DNA of 64,000 bases from Anaeramoeba ignava BMAN (GCA_028826165.1 JAPDFW010000066.1:1-64000), one strand, 5' to 3'; shown: positions 14,095 through 26,155, numbered from the stretch's first letter. Program-made: numbers and translations. The notes: a model not told the origin generated them from the letters alone.

Positions 14095-17000
14095 GTCAGA
14101 AATATGAAATTCATTGATACCAGTCTAATTCATCACTTACCTCAGAATATTGCCCATCTGAATCATCTTCTTCTTTTTCTGATTCAGGAACGAAGTCGGA
14201 GTCAGAATCTTCTTTAGATTCAGATTCAGATTCAGATTGGGAATTCAAGTTTTTTATGAGAATTTCTTTCTTTAGTTTGGATTTCTTGTCTTTTTCATTT
14301 TTCTTGTGGTTTTTTCTTTTTCTTAATATCTTCTTAATGTTTCTACTTTCTTTCGTTTCCCACTTTCCTTTTTCTTCTTTGATATCTGTCTCATCTTTAC
14401 TTTCATATTCAGATTCATAATCACATTCACTCACATAAGGTGAAATGTATTCTTCTTTTTCCTTTAAGTTTACTTCAAGTTCTTCACATTCATTTTCACT
14501 TATATATGGTGAATTGTATTCAGATTCATAATCACATTCACTCACATAAGGTGAAATGTATTCTTCTTTCTTTAAGTTTACTTCAAGTTCTTCACATTCA
14601 TTTTCACTTATATATGGTGAATTGTATTCACATTCTTCTATTGATGGGTATTCATTATGTTTTTGGTTTTCGTTTTGATTTTCACATTTCTCTTGAGTTT
14701 CATATTTATGTTCTTCATCACTCTCCTCTAATGATATCCATTCATTCTCATCCTCTTTTCCTTGATCCAACTCTGAACTCATCTCTTCTTCAATATAGTT
14801 GTTATTGTTATTATTATTATTGTTGTTATTATTATTTGTTCTATGTAATTCTTTGTTTTCTTCTGATTCTGATTTTTTCTCATTTTCATTTCCTTCTTTT
14901 TCTATAAATTCTGATCTTATTTTGAAAGCCTCTTTTATATATTTCATTGTTTTTTCAAAAATACCTTTCTTTTGAATTTCTCTCATTAGAGTGATAGAGT
15001 CTTTTATTGAGCCAATTTCTTTCATCCATTTCATTCTTATTTGAGAATATTCTTCACATTCCCATAGAAAATGACTTAAATTTTCTTCTGATGTTAGGCA
15101 ACAAGGGCACATTTTTGAAGTATTTTTCATATCATGACTATATCTGTTCAGCCCATTAGTAAATGTTCTTAATTTCAGTATTATTGAGCTTTGATCATAA
15201 TTTAAATAATTTTTATTTTTAATAATTTTGGTTCATCTTTTATGATTTGATAATACTCCCTTGTTTTCCAGCTTTCACTGTTTCTCATTTGTTCAATTCT
15301 TTGTATCATCAGATAATTTTGGAGATATTTTTTGTCATTTGTTTCCCATATATTATCTTCTTTTTCTTTATTATTACTATCTATGATACAATATTCTTTT
15401 AGATCCTCTTTTTCATTTCTGTTAATTTTTTCCTTAACTTCCATTTCCTCATATTTATTTGTGTTCTAATGTCTGGCGTATTAGTTTCATTTCGATAAGT
15501 CATCACTGGGGTGTGTCGATTTACTCTCAATATTTGAGTCATTTGTGAGTTCATAAGGGTATCTATTTGCTTATATTCTTGACTTGATAGTTCATGTGTT
15601 TCGGTTCCATACAGTATTTGTGGAATAATGGCAACTTTGTATATTGTAATTTTTAATTGATTGTTAATTTGTGGAGTCATAATTGTAAATAGTTTTTTAA
15701 ATGTGTTTTTTGCTTTTTCGATATTATTCATTGTGTGTGCTTTAGAATCCAATATGATGCCTAGATATTTAATTTCTTTTAATTGTTTGCTCATTTTTGT
15801 TTTGTCTTCATTTGGTTCTAATCCATATTCCCTTAGAATTTGGTATATTGATTGAATTGTTTGTTCTGTGATTTCCCTTTCCTTATCGATTATTACTATT
15901 AGATCATCCGCATACATCTGAATATGCGATACAAGAGGATTAATCTCTTCAATTATAAAATGGCTAATCATACCAAATATAATTGGAGAGAGAGGATCCC
16001 CTTGATATATTCCACAGCCCTCACCTTCGTAGTATTTCATTAAAAAATTCTTAATATATTCATTTCTTATGAATTTCTTTACGACTGTTCTGATGATTTT
16101 ATAATCAATGGTATCGAAACACTTCTTAATATCTATGGATATGATCCATCCTTTCTTTAACCTTTTTATGTTTTTCTTTAGTTCTAAAACCGAAATTCTA
16201 GTGTCTAATCCTCTCCTAAACCCCATTTGTCTTGGTGTGATATGATCCCAAATTTGTTCTATTTCTTCTAATATTCTCTTTAGAAAGATTCTTGCTAGTG
16301 CGTTATTGATTGATATAGGTCTATAGTTGTTTATACTTTCTGCATCTCCTTGTTTGAATATAAATATCATTCTCCTTTTCCTTAAGTAGTTTATCGTTGT
16401 CTCATCAGGATTTTTTATCCATTTTTTGTACATTCTGTTAATTAGTTTTATTATTTCTTCGTATTTCTCAGTGTTTTCTTCGATATATGGGTTCTTATAT
16501 GAATCTATTTTATCATATTCGCATGTGGCGGAGTTTTTGCTCATTTTGATTGTTTGGTTCAATCTTTCTAAAGGAAATATTAGACTTGGTTTTCTTACAT
16601 CTTCTGGAATGTCAATTTCATAGTTTTTTATTTTTTGAATTATTGTTTCTGTAGGATGTCTTCTAATTTGTTCTATCATTCTTTTGAATCTTTCTCTCAT
16701 TTCTGGGTCAGTCTTAATAGGTTTCTTTTTTTGAGTTAATCTTTGGATTTCTGTCCAGTAATTTATTTCATTCATTTTATCCATTTCTATTCCTTTGATC
16801 GTTTTCTTCCATTTTTTCCTTAACATTTTCTTCCAATTTGGTTTTTCTTGTTGTGTGAAATTAAGCAATTCAAAACCTATTTTGTCTTGAGTTTCTGTGT
16901 GGACTATTACTCTTTTTTTGAAATTTTCTTTAAGATTTTGAATGATAGAAGGTTTCAGAATTAATTTATCTCCTATTTCTGTTTCTTCTTCTACTTTCTT

Positions 17001-18830
17001 TAATAGTTTTATTTGGAATTCTTCTCTCGTAGGTTGATAATATTGAAGAGTTGTTATTTGTGGAATCTTAATTCGGATGGATGTGATGATCAATTTATGA
17101 TCTGATAATTTTCTTGAAATTGTATCGAATATTTTTGATGGTTGAGTTATTATACCCTCATTTACACAAAAATGATCTATATTTCTTGTTCTTGAATTCT
17201 CTGGATTTGGAATTATTACTACATTTGGTAGTAGTTTTCTCTTATTAATTTCCTCCTCTGTTAGGTTAAAATCCCCTCCAATAATAAATTTCTCTCCATT
17301 CAGATTTTGGATAATTTCTTGTAATTTTTTCATTAATTCGTTTTGTCTTTTGTTTCTAATATAAACTGTGATAATGTTCATATCAGAAATCTTTAAATGG
17401 AGAATATCTGAATCCTCATTTGGAATTTCATGAAAATATTTTCTTATTTCTTTCCTCACTGCAATAGCTATTCCTCCCTTTGATTTTTTCTGTCCATATG
17501 CCTCTTTTTCAAATGTGAAGTATTTTTGAAAATATATTCTTTTTTTGAGATGAGATTCTTGAATTAGAGCTATTTCTATTTTTTGTTCTAATAATATTTG
17601 TTCTAATTCTTGAGTTTTGCCCAATCGAATCAATCCATTTATGTTGATAGACCCAATGTTGGTTGTGTATTCGTTATCATTCATTTCTTGTTTTCCTTTC
17701 ACTGTTTCTATTTTGTCTCCGTTTGCGTTTATCAAATGGATTTTCGTTTTCGTAGGAATATTTTCTTGTTTTTGTTTGCAATTTTGAAAGATGGAGTTGA
17801 TCATTTGATTTTTATCCCATATCTCCATTTGATGTTCTCCTTTTTGGATGATTCTGTGTACGTATTGATTGTTTAGGATTGATAAGGTTTCAAATATATT
17901 CAGAAAAGATCTTTGAATTATAATTTTGTTTGAATTTCTTATCTTTGTGATTTTCTTTGTATTCATTTCAGTATAATCCTTCGAATTTTTGTATTTAATT
18001 GTTTGTTTGAGATTTGAATCAATTTCCCATTCCTTGTTAATAAATTTCTTGATTATTTTATCCTGGAATGGTTTCATCTGTTTTTTAGTGTATGGATTGT
18101 ATTTCTGAAAAGATCTTTTATATGAGTAGTTAATTGATTTAGAGAGAAATTCCCTTAAGTCAGCTTCTCCTATTTTCTTTTTTGGAAGGATTTTTAGTTC
18201 TTCTGTAATTATTTCTTCTATTTGATTGCTGATCACTTGGAATTTCTCTTCGTTTTTGATTGGACTATTCTCGTATTGAGCTTTCAAAATCAAGGGAGTT
18301 TTCAGCCAGTTGTGAGAGTCTAGGTTTTTGTAACAAATAGTTTCTTCTTGAGTTAATTCCTTTGTATCTGTTAATTTAACGGATACATTTGGTTCATCGA
18401 TTTCCTCACTTTCATTCTCGCTACTCTCATCCAAAATATATTCTGTCTCGCTTTCAATTATTTCATTGCTTGCATCTAATGTATTTATCTGAGTCTCTTT
18501 GTTATCTTCCTTTACCTTGTTTTCTTGTTTTATTTTGTTCCTCTTTTTTTCAAAATTTCTTTTCTTTTTTGGTTTTGAAATTGATATTGCAATTTTTATT
18601 CCTCTCAGTATCACTCTCCATTTCTCTCTGACTGCTCTATGTGGATATACTACCTGGAAGTGACCTTGAGATGTGTTATTTACTCTTCTCCAATATCCTC
18701 TTAGAGGATAATAATTTTTCAGGATATTTAGGATTTGATAAATATTAATAAAGGGGGAATCTGCAAAAATATGTAGATTTCCCCAGTTGACCATTTCAAA
18801 ACAAAAAGAGAGAAGAAAAAAATAAAAATT
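14095..18830 (-). mobile_element. Non-LTR retrotransposon (APE-RT LINE), near full length
   Basis: Carries the APE-RT-CCHC polyprotein below; A-rich sequence begins ~16 nt after the stop. Ends approximate. Confidence 0.85.
14111..18794 (-). CDS. LINE polyprotein: RRM-like N-terminus, APE endonuclease, reverse transcriptase, CCHC knuckle and acidic tail (2 frameshifts, ~1560 aa)
   Basis: APE: NINGL, IQESH, GDFN, IDH, SDH. RT: YRPIS, QMGFR, DIKKCFD, QGDPLSP, YADD, YLG. After frameshifts at ~15440 and ~15220: KLRTFTNGL...CPCCLTSEENLSHFLWEC, then a D/E/S-rich tail. Confidence 0.9.
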
Positions 18831-19124
18831 TAATTGATTTTTATTTGGAAAAAAATAAATAAATTTAGTTAAAAAAATTCAAAATTATGATTAAGAACAA
18901 TTTTATCAATTTTATTTCATTTTTGAAAAAGAAATTAAATAAACAATTTGTTTTGAAATTTATTCAAAACTTAATAAATAAGAAATTTTCTTTTTTAATT
19001 TCTTTTTTCTTTTTTCTTTTTTAATTAAAAAAATAAAAAAACAAATTTTTCATTTTTTTTCATTTTTTTTTTTCACAAAAGTAAACACAAAGAAATAAAA
19101 GTAATTTATTTATATTTATTATTT

Positions 19125-19810
19125 TACACATAAATTATTTATCTAAATTATTTAAATAATCAAAATATTTATAAATTATTTATTAATATTATTTAATTTC
19201 AATTTATTTTATTTATTAAAAAAAAACATAAATTAAAAAATAAAAAAATAATTAATTAAAAATATAAAAATATAATTTCACTCATAAATTATTTATCTAA
19301 ATTATTTAAATAATCAAGAAATATTTATAAATTATTAATTAATATTATTTTTATTTTAATTTATTTTATTTATTAAAAACATAAATTAAAAATAAAAATA
19401 ATTAATTAAAAATATAAAAATATAATTTTACACATAAATTATTTATCTAAATTATTTAAATAATCAAAATATTTATAAATTATTTAATATTATTTAATTT
19501 CAATTTATTTTATTTATTAAAAAAACATAAATTAAAAATAAAAATAATTAATTAAAAATATAAAAATATAATTTCACTCATAAATTATTTATTTAAATTA
19601 TTTAAATAATCAAAATATTTATAAAATATTTATTAATATTATTTAATTTTCAATTTATTTTATTTATTAAAAAAAAACATAAATTAAAAATAAAAATAAT
19701 TAAATTAAAAATATAAAAATATAATTTCACTCATAAATTATTTATTTAAATTATTTAAATAATCAAAATATTTATAAATTATTAATTAATATTATTTTAT
19801 TTTAATTATT
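19125..19810. repeat. AT-rich minisatellite, ~150 bp unit, ~4.5 copies
   Basis: cataaattatttat(c/t)taaattatttaaataatcaa recurs near 19128, 19283, 19433, 19579 and 19733. Confidence 0.9.
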
Positions 19811-19886
19811 CCAAAAACAAACAATACAAAAAATTCATTAATTTAAAAATATCAAAACAAAAACATAAAAATAAAAATAAAAATAG

Positions 19887-20171
19887 ATGGAAAATTTTAC
19901 TACAAAAAAAGAACAAGAATTAATGAAAGAAAAGCAAGAATTAATTAACAAAAAACAAGAATTAATTAACAAAAAACAAGAATTAATCAACAAAGAACAA
20001 GAATTAATGAAAGGAAAACAAGAATTAATTAACAAAAAACAAGAATTAATTAACAAAGAAAAAGAAGTAATGAAAGAAAAAGAAGTAATGAAAGAACAAG
20101 AATTAATGAAAGAAAAGCAAGAATTAATCAACAAAGAACAAGAATTAATGAACGAAAAAAATAGGAATTAG
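19887..20171 (+). pseudogene. Truncated heptad-repeat (KQELINK/EQELMKE) coiled-coil ORF
   Basis: 21-nt repeat giving 7-aa units after an ATG; ends abruptly at the pogo junction. Confidence 0.4.
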
Positions 20172-20967
20172 GATATTTCTTTTGAAGAGCTGGAATAACT
20201 CTCTTTCCACTTTGAATTTTAATTATAAAAGTTGGTGGAAGTTTTGTTCCATCTCCTGCAATTCCTGCAATAAGTGTAATTGTTTGTTTAGTATTATGAA
20301 GATGTATTGGATTTTCATTTCGACCTTTTTTTGTAATTGATTTAATAGGAGAAATAAATTGGAGATTTGTTTCATTTACATTAAAGATTAGAGAATGATC
20401 TATTTTGAAAGATCTTTTATCCATCTTAATTTTTCTTGTGTTATGACATTCCTCCCAAAAAGATTCAGCTAATTGTTTTGGAGTAAAAGAAGAATTCCAT
20501 CGATTTATTAATTTACTTTTACGAAAAACAAATCCATTTCTTTTCATAAATCGATATGGCCACTGAACAGAAAGATTTTTTTCATTAGGTCTTATAAACA
20601 TTTGGTTTGCAAGATTTCTGATTGCATCAGGAGAAACAATTAAATTATCAAGAATTTTTTGATTTATAATTTTAACAAACTGTTGTTCTTGTTCAATAGA
20701 TAACCTTCCACATCTAATTCTATTTGCAATTTGACGTTTTTCATTTGAAGTGTTTCCTTTTGGATTTCCATGTTTAAAGGCTTGATATCTTGCATACAAT
20801 GTAGAATATTTAATGTTCATAGATTTACTAATTTGATCTATTGTTCCTCTTTGTCCTTCTTTTATTTTTTCATATATTAAATCCCAATTAACTTTACTTT
20901 TGGGTGAATCAAAAGTGTGTCGAACTCCAGATATCTTTTTGGGAATACGTCTTATAAAATTTTGCAT
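20128..20967 (-). pseudogene. Truncated pogo-like transposase (psq-type HTH, CENP-B HTH, start of DDE domain)
   Basis: ISKSMNIKYSTLYAR; LSIEQEQQFV...IRNLA...WPYRFMKRNG; IFNVNET (normally IFNxDET); TLIAGIAGDGTKLPPTFIIK. Ends before the second catalytic Asp. Confidence 0.85.
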
Positions 20968-21205
20968 TAATTAAGTCAAAAATTAAGTCAATTTTGCAAT
21001 CGGTGTTAAAAAAAAATGATCAAAAAATTTTTGATCAAAGTAAAATATAATAAAAATATTGATGATTCAGCATTGGTTACTCATCAAAAAAAAAATAAAA
21101 TGGTAAAATAAACAAAAAAAAGCAAGTGAATTATTCATATCTAATTGAAAAAGTTGATTAACTTGCGAATTTTTTGGTAAATTTTATTATCGGCGTTAAA
21201 GATAG
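20160..21205 (-). mobile_element. pogo/Tigger-type (Tc1/mariner superfamily) DNA transposon, one end deleted
   Basis: Starts on the - strand as TA|CTATCTTTAACGCCGAT exactly where LINE copy 2 homology stops (TA at 21206-21207). No matching second terminal repeat found. Confidence 0.7.
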
Positions 21206-23798
21206 TATTTTTCTTAAGTTCCAACACCGATATCCTTGAGTCTAAGTTTTTTCTAAATCCCATTTGTTTTGAATTGATTTTTTCCCAAATATGTTCAATT
21301 TCCTCAAGAATTCGTTTCAAGAAAAATCTAGCGGTTGAGTTGTTAATTGAAATGGGTCTGTAGTTTTTGATTTCTTCAGGGTTTCCTTGTTTGTAGATAA
21401 AGATCATCCTTCTTTCTTGTATATATTCTATTATCTCATCATTTGGGTTACTTATCCATTTTTTGAACATTCTATTGATCGATTTTAGGAATTCTTGATA
21501 TCTTGAGTCTGTTTCATTTATGTAGGGATTTTTATACATGTCAATCTTATCATAATCGCAAGTTGAGTTATTTTTACATGTTTTGATTATTTTGCTTAAT
21601 CTCTCAAGTGGAAATAATAGATTCAATTCTCTTGTGTCTTCCAATATTTCAATATTGGAGGTTTTAATTTTCTCAATTGTGATTTGTGAGGGTAGGAGTC
21701 TAATTGAATTGATCATTTGTTGGAAATCTTGTTCCATTTTGGGTGTACCTAACACTACTCTTGTTTTCTTTTGTGTAATTCTTTTTATCTCAGCCCAGTA
21801 GTTCAATTCATTTCGATTATCAATTTCAATTCCCTTCATTGTTTTCTTCCATTTTTTATTCAATAACTTTTTCCAATTAAATTCTTTTTCTTCAAGAAAA
21901 TTGTGAAGTTGATAATCAAGTTCACTTTTTGTTTCAATATGGATTGTATTCTTTTTTCTGAAGGAATTCTTCATGTCTTTTATTATATTTGTAGACAAAA
22001 CTAGTTTTGAAGATGGAAATGCTTCTTCTTCCATTTTTTTTATGATTTTATTTTGAAATTCCTCTTGGGTGGGTTGATAATATTGTAGTTGAGTGGTAAT
22101 TGGAGTTTTGAATGAGATTTTAATCAGGAGCATTTTGTGATCAGACAATTTCTTGACTGTTGTATCTATTATTTGGGAATTGTTTATTTCTAGTTCATTA
22201 TTAACACAGAAATGATCAATATTTCTGGTTCTCGATATGGATTCATTGGGGATTATTTTGAAATTTTGGATTGTAATTTGTTTTTCTATTTCCTCTTGTG
22301 TTAAATTAAAATCCCCTCCGATGATGTATTTCTCTGTTTGTATATTTTGTATTATTGTTTGTAGTTTTCTGAGCATTTCTTTTTGTGTTTTTTGTCTTAG
22401 ATAACAATTAATGATATGGAGATCAGTAATTTTTATATGTAATATATCTTGATCTTCATGTTTGATTTCTTCAAAAAATTTTTTGAATTCTTTTCTTATT
22501 GCAATACATAACCCACCTTTAGATTTCTTTTCTCCATAAGCTTCCTTTTGGAAACTTTCGAATTTTGTAAAATATATTCTTTTCTTTAAGTGAGTTTCTT
22601 GAATTAAGACTATTTCAATTTTTTGTGATAGCAAGAGTTGTTCCAATTCTTGTGTTTTTCCTAGTTTGAGAAGTCCATTTATGTTTATAGAAGCAATGTT
22701 GGTTGAATATTCCTCAATTGGAGATCTCTTTTTTCCTTTCAGTTTCTCTAATAGATTCTCATCAGGGTCGAGTAAATTGATTTGGATACTAGAAGGAATT
22801 CTTTCAATATTCTCTTTACATTCATCAAATATAGTTTGAATCATTGCCTTTCTATCCCAAATTTCCATTTTATGTTCACCCTTTTGGATCATTCTCAAGA
22901 CATCCCAATTTTGAATAGCTGATCTCGTTTCAAAAATATTCAAATGAGGCTTCTTAATTACAATTTTATTTGAGTTTTTGATTTTGATGATTTTCTTTTG
23001 GTTAAGATCAGTATATTCTTTAGAGTTTTTGTATTTAATCGTTCTCTTTAGAGTGGAATCAATTTGCCATTCATTTTCTTGTAATTTTTGTATTATCTGA
23101 TTTTGGAATTCTTGAATATTTCTTTTTGGAAGAGTATTGTATTCTTGATATGTTTTTAAATAAGTGTAGTTGGTCGATTTAAGTAAGAATTCTCGGAGAT
23201 CAGCTTCGATTATCTTGAATTTATGAAGGTGATTTATTTCTTTGAAAATTATTCCTTTGATTTCTTCAGTAACGTAGTTTAGCTTTTCTTTATTAGTAAT
23301 GAGATCATTTTCTTTGTCTAGTTTCAAGATAATGGGAGTTTTGAGCCAATTTTCAGAATCGAGTGTCTTGTAATGAATTACCTCTTCTTGATCAAATTCT
23401 TCATTATGCGTTAAATTAACGGTTTCTCTTTCTTCTCTTAAGTAGAAATTTTCATCTTCGCTCTCTTCTTCAATAAATTCAAGATTGTCTTCTTCAAAAG
23501 ATTCAAAAAATTCACTGAAGTCATCGGATTTAGGATTTGAGGTATCTATATTTCCATTGATAAGTTTCTTAAAATGATTTGAAATTGAAATTGAAATTTT
23601 GGTTCCATTTCGGATCACTCTCCTTCTCTCTTTTGCAGCTTTTCGAGGTTCTTCAACAAGGAAGTGTCCTTGACTATTTCTTTCATATTGGGTCCAATAT
23701 CCTTTTATTGGACCATAATTTTCAATTAATCTTAAAATGAGATTTAAAGAGATAAAGGGGGAATCTGCAAAAATGAACAGATTTCCCCAATTGACCAT
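21206..23798 (-). mobile_element. Second, diverged LINE copy, truncated within RT
   Basis: ATG at 23798 (MVNWGNLFIFADSPFI, matching the start of copy 1). Colinear APE domain and RT up to QMGFR...ISVLELKKN, then replaced by pogo sequence. Confidence 0.9.
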
Positions 23799-24324
23799 TT
23801 TCCAAAAAATTTTTGAAAAACGAAAGAAAAAAATAAATAATTTTATATTTAATTTTATAATTAATTTTATCAATAATTTTATAAATAACTTGAAATGAAT
23901 CAAAAAAACATCACAAAAAATATTTTTCCATTTGCTAAAATTTTTGACAAACTTTTCTTCCTCACAAATTTCTCCACAAACAAAACAAACAATCAATAAA
24001 AAAAATAATCAATAAAAACAATCAATAAAAAAAAATCAAAAGAATTAAAAAAAGGTAATATTTCAAAAGAAAAAAAAATCTCTTTTAAAGAGAAAAATAG
24101 ATATATCCCCAAAATGAGAGAAACGGCTGCATTTTTGGTTGGAACAACCACCTCACTAAGAGCAGCCTGCTGGGTTTTATTTAAAGTGGAATCTCTATAT
24201 CGGGAGGTATTACAACAAAATGATATTTTTGTAGAGTTTTTTGATTTTGTCCCATCTGGAAATTCCGTTTCAAATTTTATTAAAGAACAAGCACTTGTCT
24301 ATAAATTTGGGAATTTTCTTTTGA

Positions 24325-24492
24325 TCAAGAAATGGGATGTTTTTCAGAAATATCTGTACTCGTTTTTAACCACTCCAATTCTGGAGTATGAAAGATAATT
24401 TGAAGAACGGAATTGATAAAACAAGTGCTTCCTAGATTCTTTAACCCAATCAAATCCTGATTCTTGGGATTTTCAGGATCTTTCTGGGGGAT
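24325..24492 (-). CDS. Exon encoding a ubiquitin-specific protease (peptidase C19) Cys-box
   Basis: After intron 24562-24493 (CAG|gtaagt...tgttag|ATC): IPQKDPENPKNQDLIGLKNLGSTCFINSVLQIIFHTPELEWLK, matching GLxNxGNTC(F/Y)xNSxLQ. Cys codon at 24423-24421. The frame closes at 24325 and no His-box is seen. Confidence 0.75.
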   Translation of the reverse strand: MPQKDPENPKNQDLIGLKNLGSTCFINSVLQIIFHTPELEWLKTSTDISEKHPIS

Positions 24493-24562
24493 CTAACACA
24501 AAAAAATCAAAGAGAGATAAAGGTTTTGAATTGAAAATAAAGTAGAAGTTTTTTTAACTTAC

Positions 24563-25502
24563 CTGAAATTTTTGAAAACGTTCGGGAGCCTGTTTTTTCC
24601 TCAAATTATACTTTCGTCTTGTTATTAGAGGATCCTTCGAAATAGGTTGAGAAATGGATTTGGGAGAAATTGAATCCGTTTTTCTTCTCTTTTTTGTTGG
24701 ATTCTTCTTTTTCAGCTTTTGTGTTTCTTCTTGAGTTGGTAGTTTTTCTTCATCTGGAATAAATTGGATTATTGGAAGGGGGAAATTTTGAGGATATTTT
24801 GTAAATCTCTTGTCCCACACCAGAGTGAATCGTTGTATCGTCGGATCAGATGGAATTTTCTTAGATCTGGGATTCTTTGTATCACCTTGAAAGAACCTTT
24901 TCGCGGATAGAGGATCTTGCATTGGGTGTTTTTCAAGCATGATCCGAGATAATTTTGCAGATCTTTCACCGATGTTATATCACCATAAGATTTTTTATTT
25001 TTCGCGATGGAGCCAAAATGCATGTCGCAAGCAGATTTTCCATGATATGCGACGAAAGTGTAAATTTCGACTTTTTGGAAAATCTTCCTCATGCGAGTAG
25101 CTAAAAATAAGATATACGAATTGCTTTTAAATTGTCTGGGTCCATCGGAGTAAATTGCCAATCTGGGTGGAGGCTCGAACTCTTTTTGTTCAATCAACTC
25201 CTTAATTATTCCTTCTAAAATCTCCAACCCACTTTGGACAAGGTCTTGTTTCTAAAGTAAAAAAAAAAAGTCAGAATAAATAGGAGAAAAAACATGAAAA
25301 TTTTTTCTTACTTTTTAGTGTAATCGGAGACCAAATCGATATACCACCTTTTTTCCCCAAACAAGAGCGTTCCATTCAAGAGGGACCAAGCCTTCGCATC
25401 ATAAAAATCTGGAATGCTCCATCTTCCCCGATACTCCTGTATATTCACTGCATAGTCGAGTATAATAAGCATGGTATTTTTATCTTGTTTGTTTTCCTGA
25501 TA
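24563..25502 (-). pseudogene. Sola2-like transposase catalytic core plus basic linker
   Basis: IILDYAVN (D1, 25457), IYSDGPRQFKS (D2, 25146), FVAYHGKSACDMHFG (D3, 25026). GT-AG intron at 25311-25252. Frameshifts at ~25313 and ~24820. Confidence 0.7.
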
Positions 25503-25515
25503 TCTTTTTTTTTTA

Positions 25516-25821
25516 TTATTTTCTTGCTGATTGAGATTTTTTTGTTGTTTTTCTTGTTTTTCGAGACTTATTGAATTTTTTTTTTTGGTTTTGAATGAAT
25601 TGCTCTCTAAAATTCAATAATTTTCCAGAGAATGCCAATGAATTTAATTTGTGTGATTTATTTTCCAACTGCGAAATGTCGAAATTTTCTTTCATTGAAT
25701 GAAAAGTGTTTTCAAAAGGAGAAACCTCAAAGTTTTCTTTGTTAGAGTGAAAAGAAAAATTTGGAAAAGGATTCAGAATGGTGTCTGAATGAAAATGATG
25801 GGGTTGTGATGGAATTTCCAT
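25516..25821 (-). CDS. Putative N-terminal fragment of the Sola-like transposase (basic, NLS-like end)
   Basis: ATG-initiated ORF directly upstream of and co-oriented with the D1 exon; no recognisable domain. Confidence 0.35.
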   Translation of the reverse strand: MEIPSQPHHFHSDTILNPFPNFSFHSNKENFEVSPFENTFHSMKENFDISQLENKSHKLNSLAFSGKLLNFREQFIQNQKKKFNKSRKTRKTTKKSQSARK

Positions 25822-25999
25822 TTAGTTTATTTATTTTGTCAAAAATGTAAAAGATGAAATGCTTTCGAAATGTAAAGATTTAAAAAAAGAAGGGCAAAGG
25901 GGAAAAATAAAAATAAAAAAAGTAAGTCAAAAAGGTAAGATAAAAAAGAAAAAAATGAAAAAAAATGAAAAAAAAATTAATTAAAAAAATTTTATTTAG

Positions 26000-26155
26000 G
26001 AATCTCCATTACATTATCTTTGCAAGAATTCATCAATTACAGAAGAAATGATCAAATTATTGAAAGGAACAAATGCTGATTTTAATTTGAAGGATGAATA
26101 CAATAAAAAAACACCAAAAGATTTACTTCCAGATTCTCTCAAGAAAATGATTTAA
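26000..26155 (+). CDS. Terminal exon of an ankyrin-repeat gene
   Basis: tttag|[51 protein letters not shown]. Phase 0, compatible with and paralogous to the exon at 2028. Confidence 0.8.
   Translation, partial: ESPLHYLCKNSSITEEMIKLLKGTNADFNLKDEYNKKTPKDLLPDSLKKMI

Larger units (their letters stand above)
24100..25960 (-). mobile_element. Decayed Sola2-like DDD DNA transposon with introns and a USP Cys-box (boundaries approximate)
   Basis: GC-richer island with transposase catalytic motifs (see below). Termini not identified. Confidence 0.6.

Noticed and set aside
23799-23996. 66-aa N-terminal extension of LINE copy 2 with a CxxC
   Set aside because: Non-ATG start and absent from copy 1; homology begins at the MVNWG ATG.
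24114-24398. + strand 94-aa ORF
   Set aside because: Antisense to the USP Cys-box exon and has no recognisable motif.
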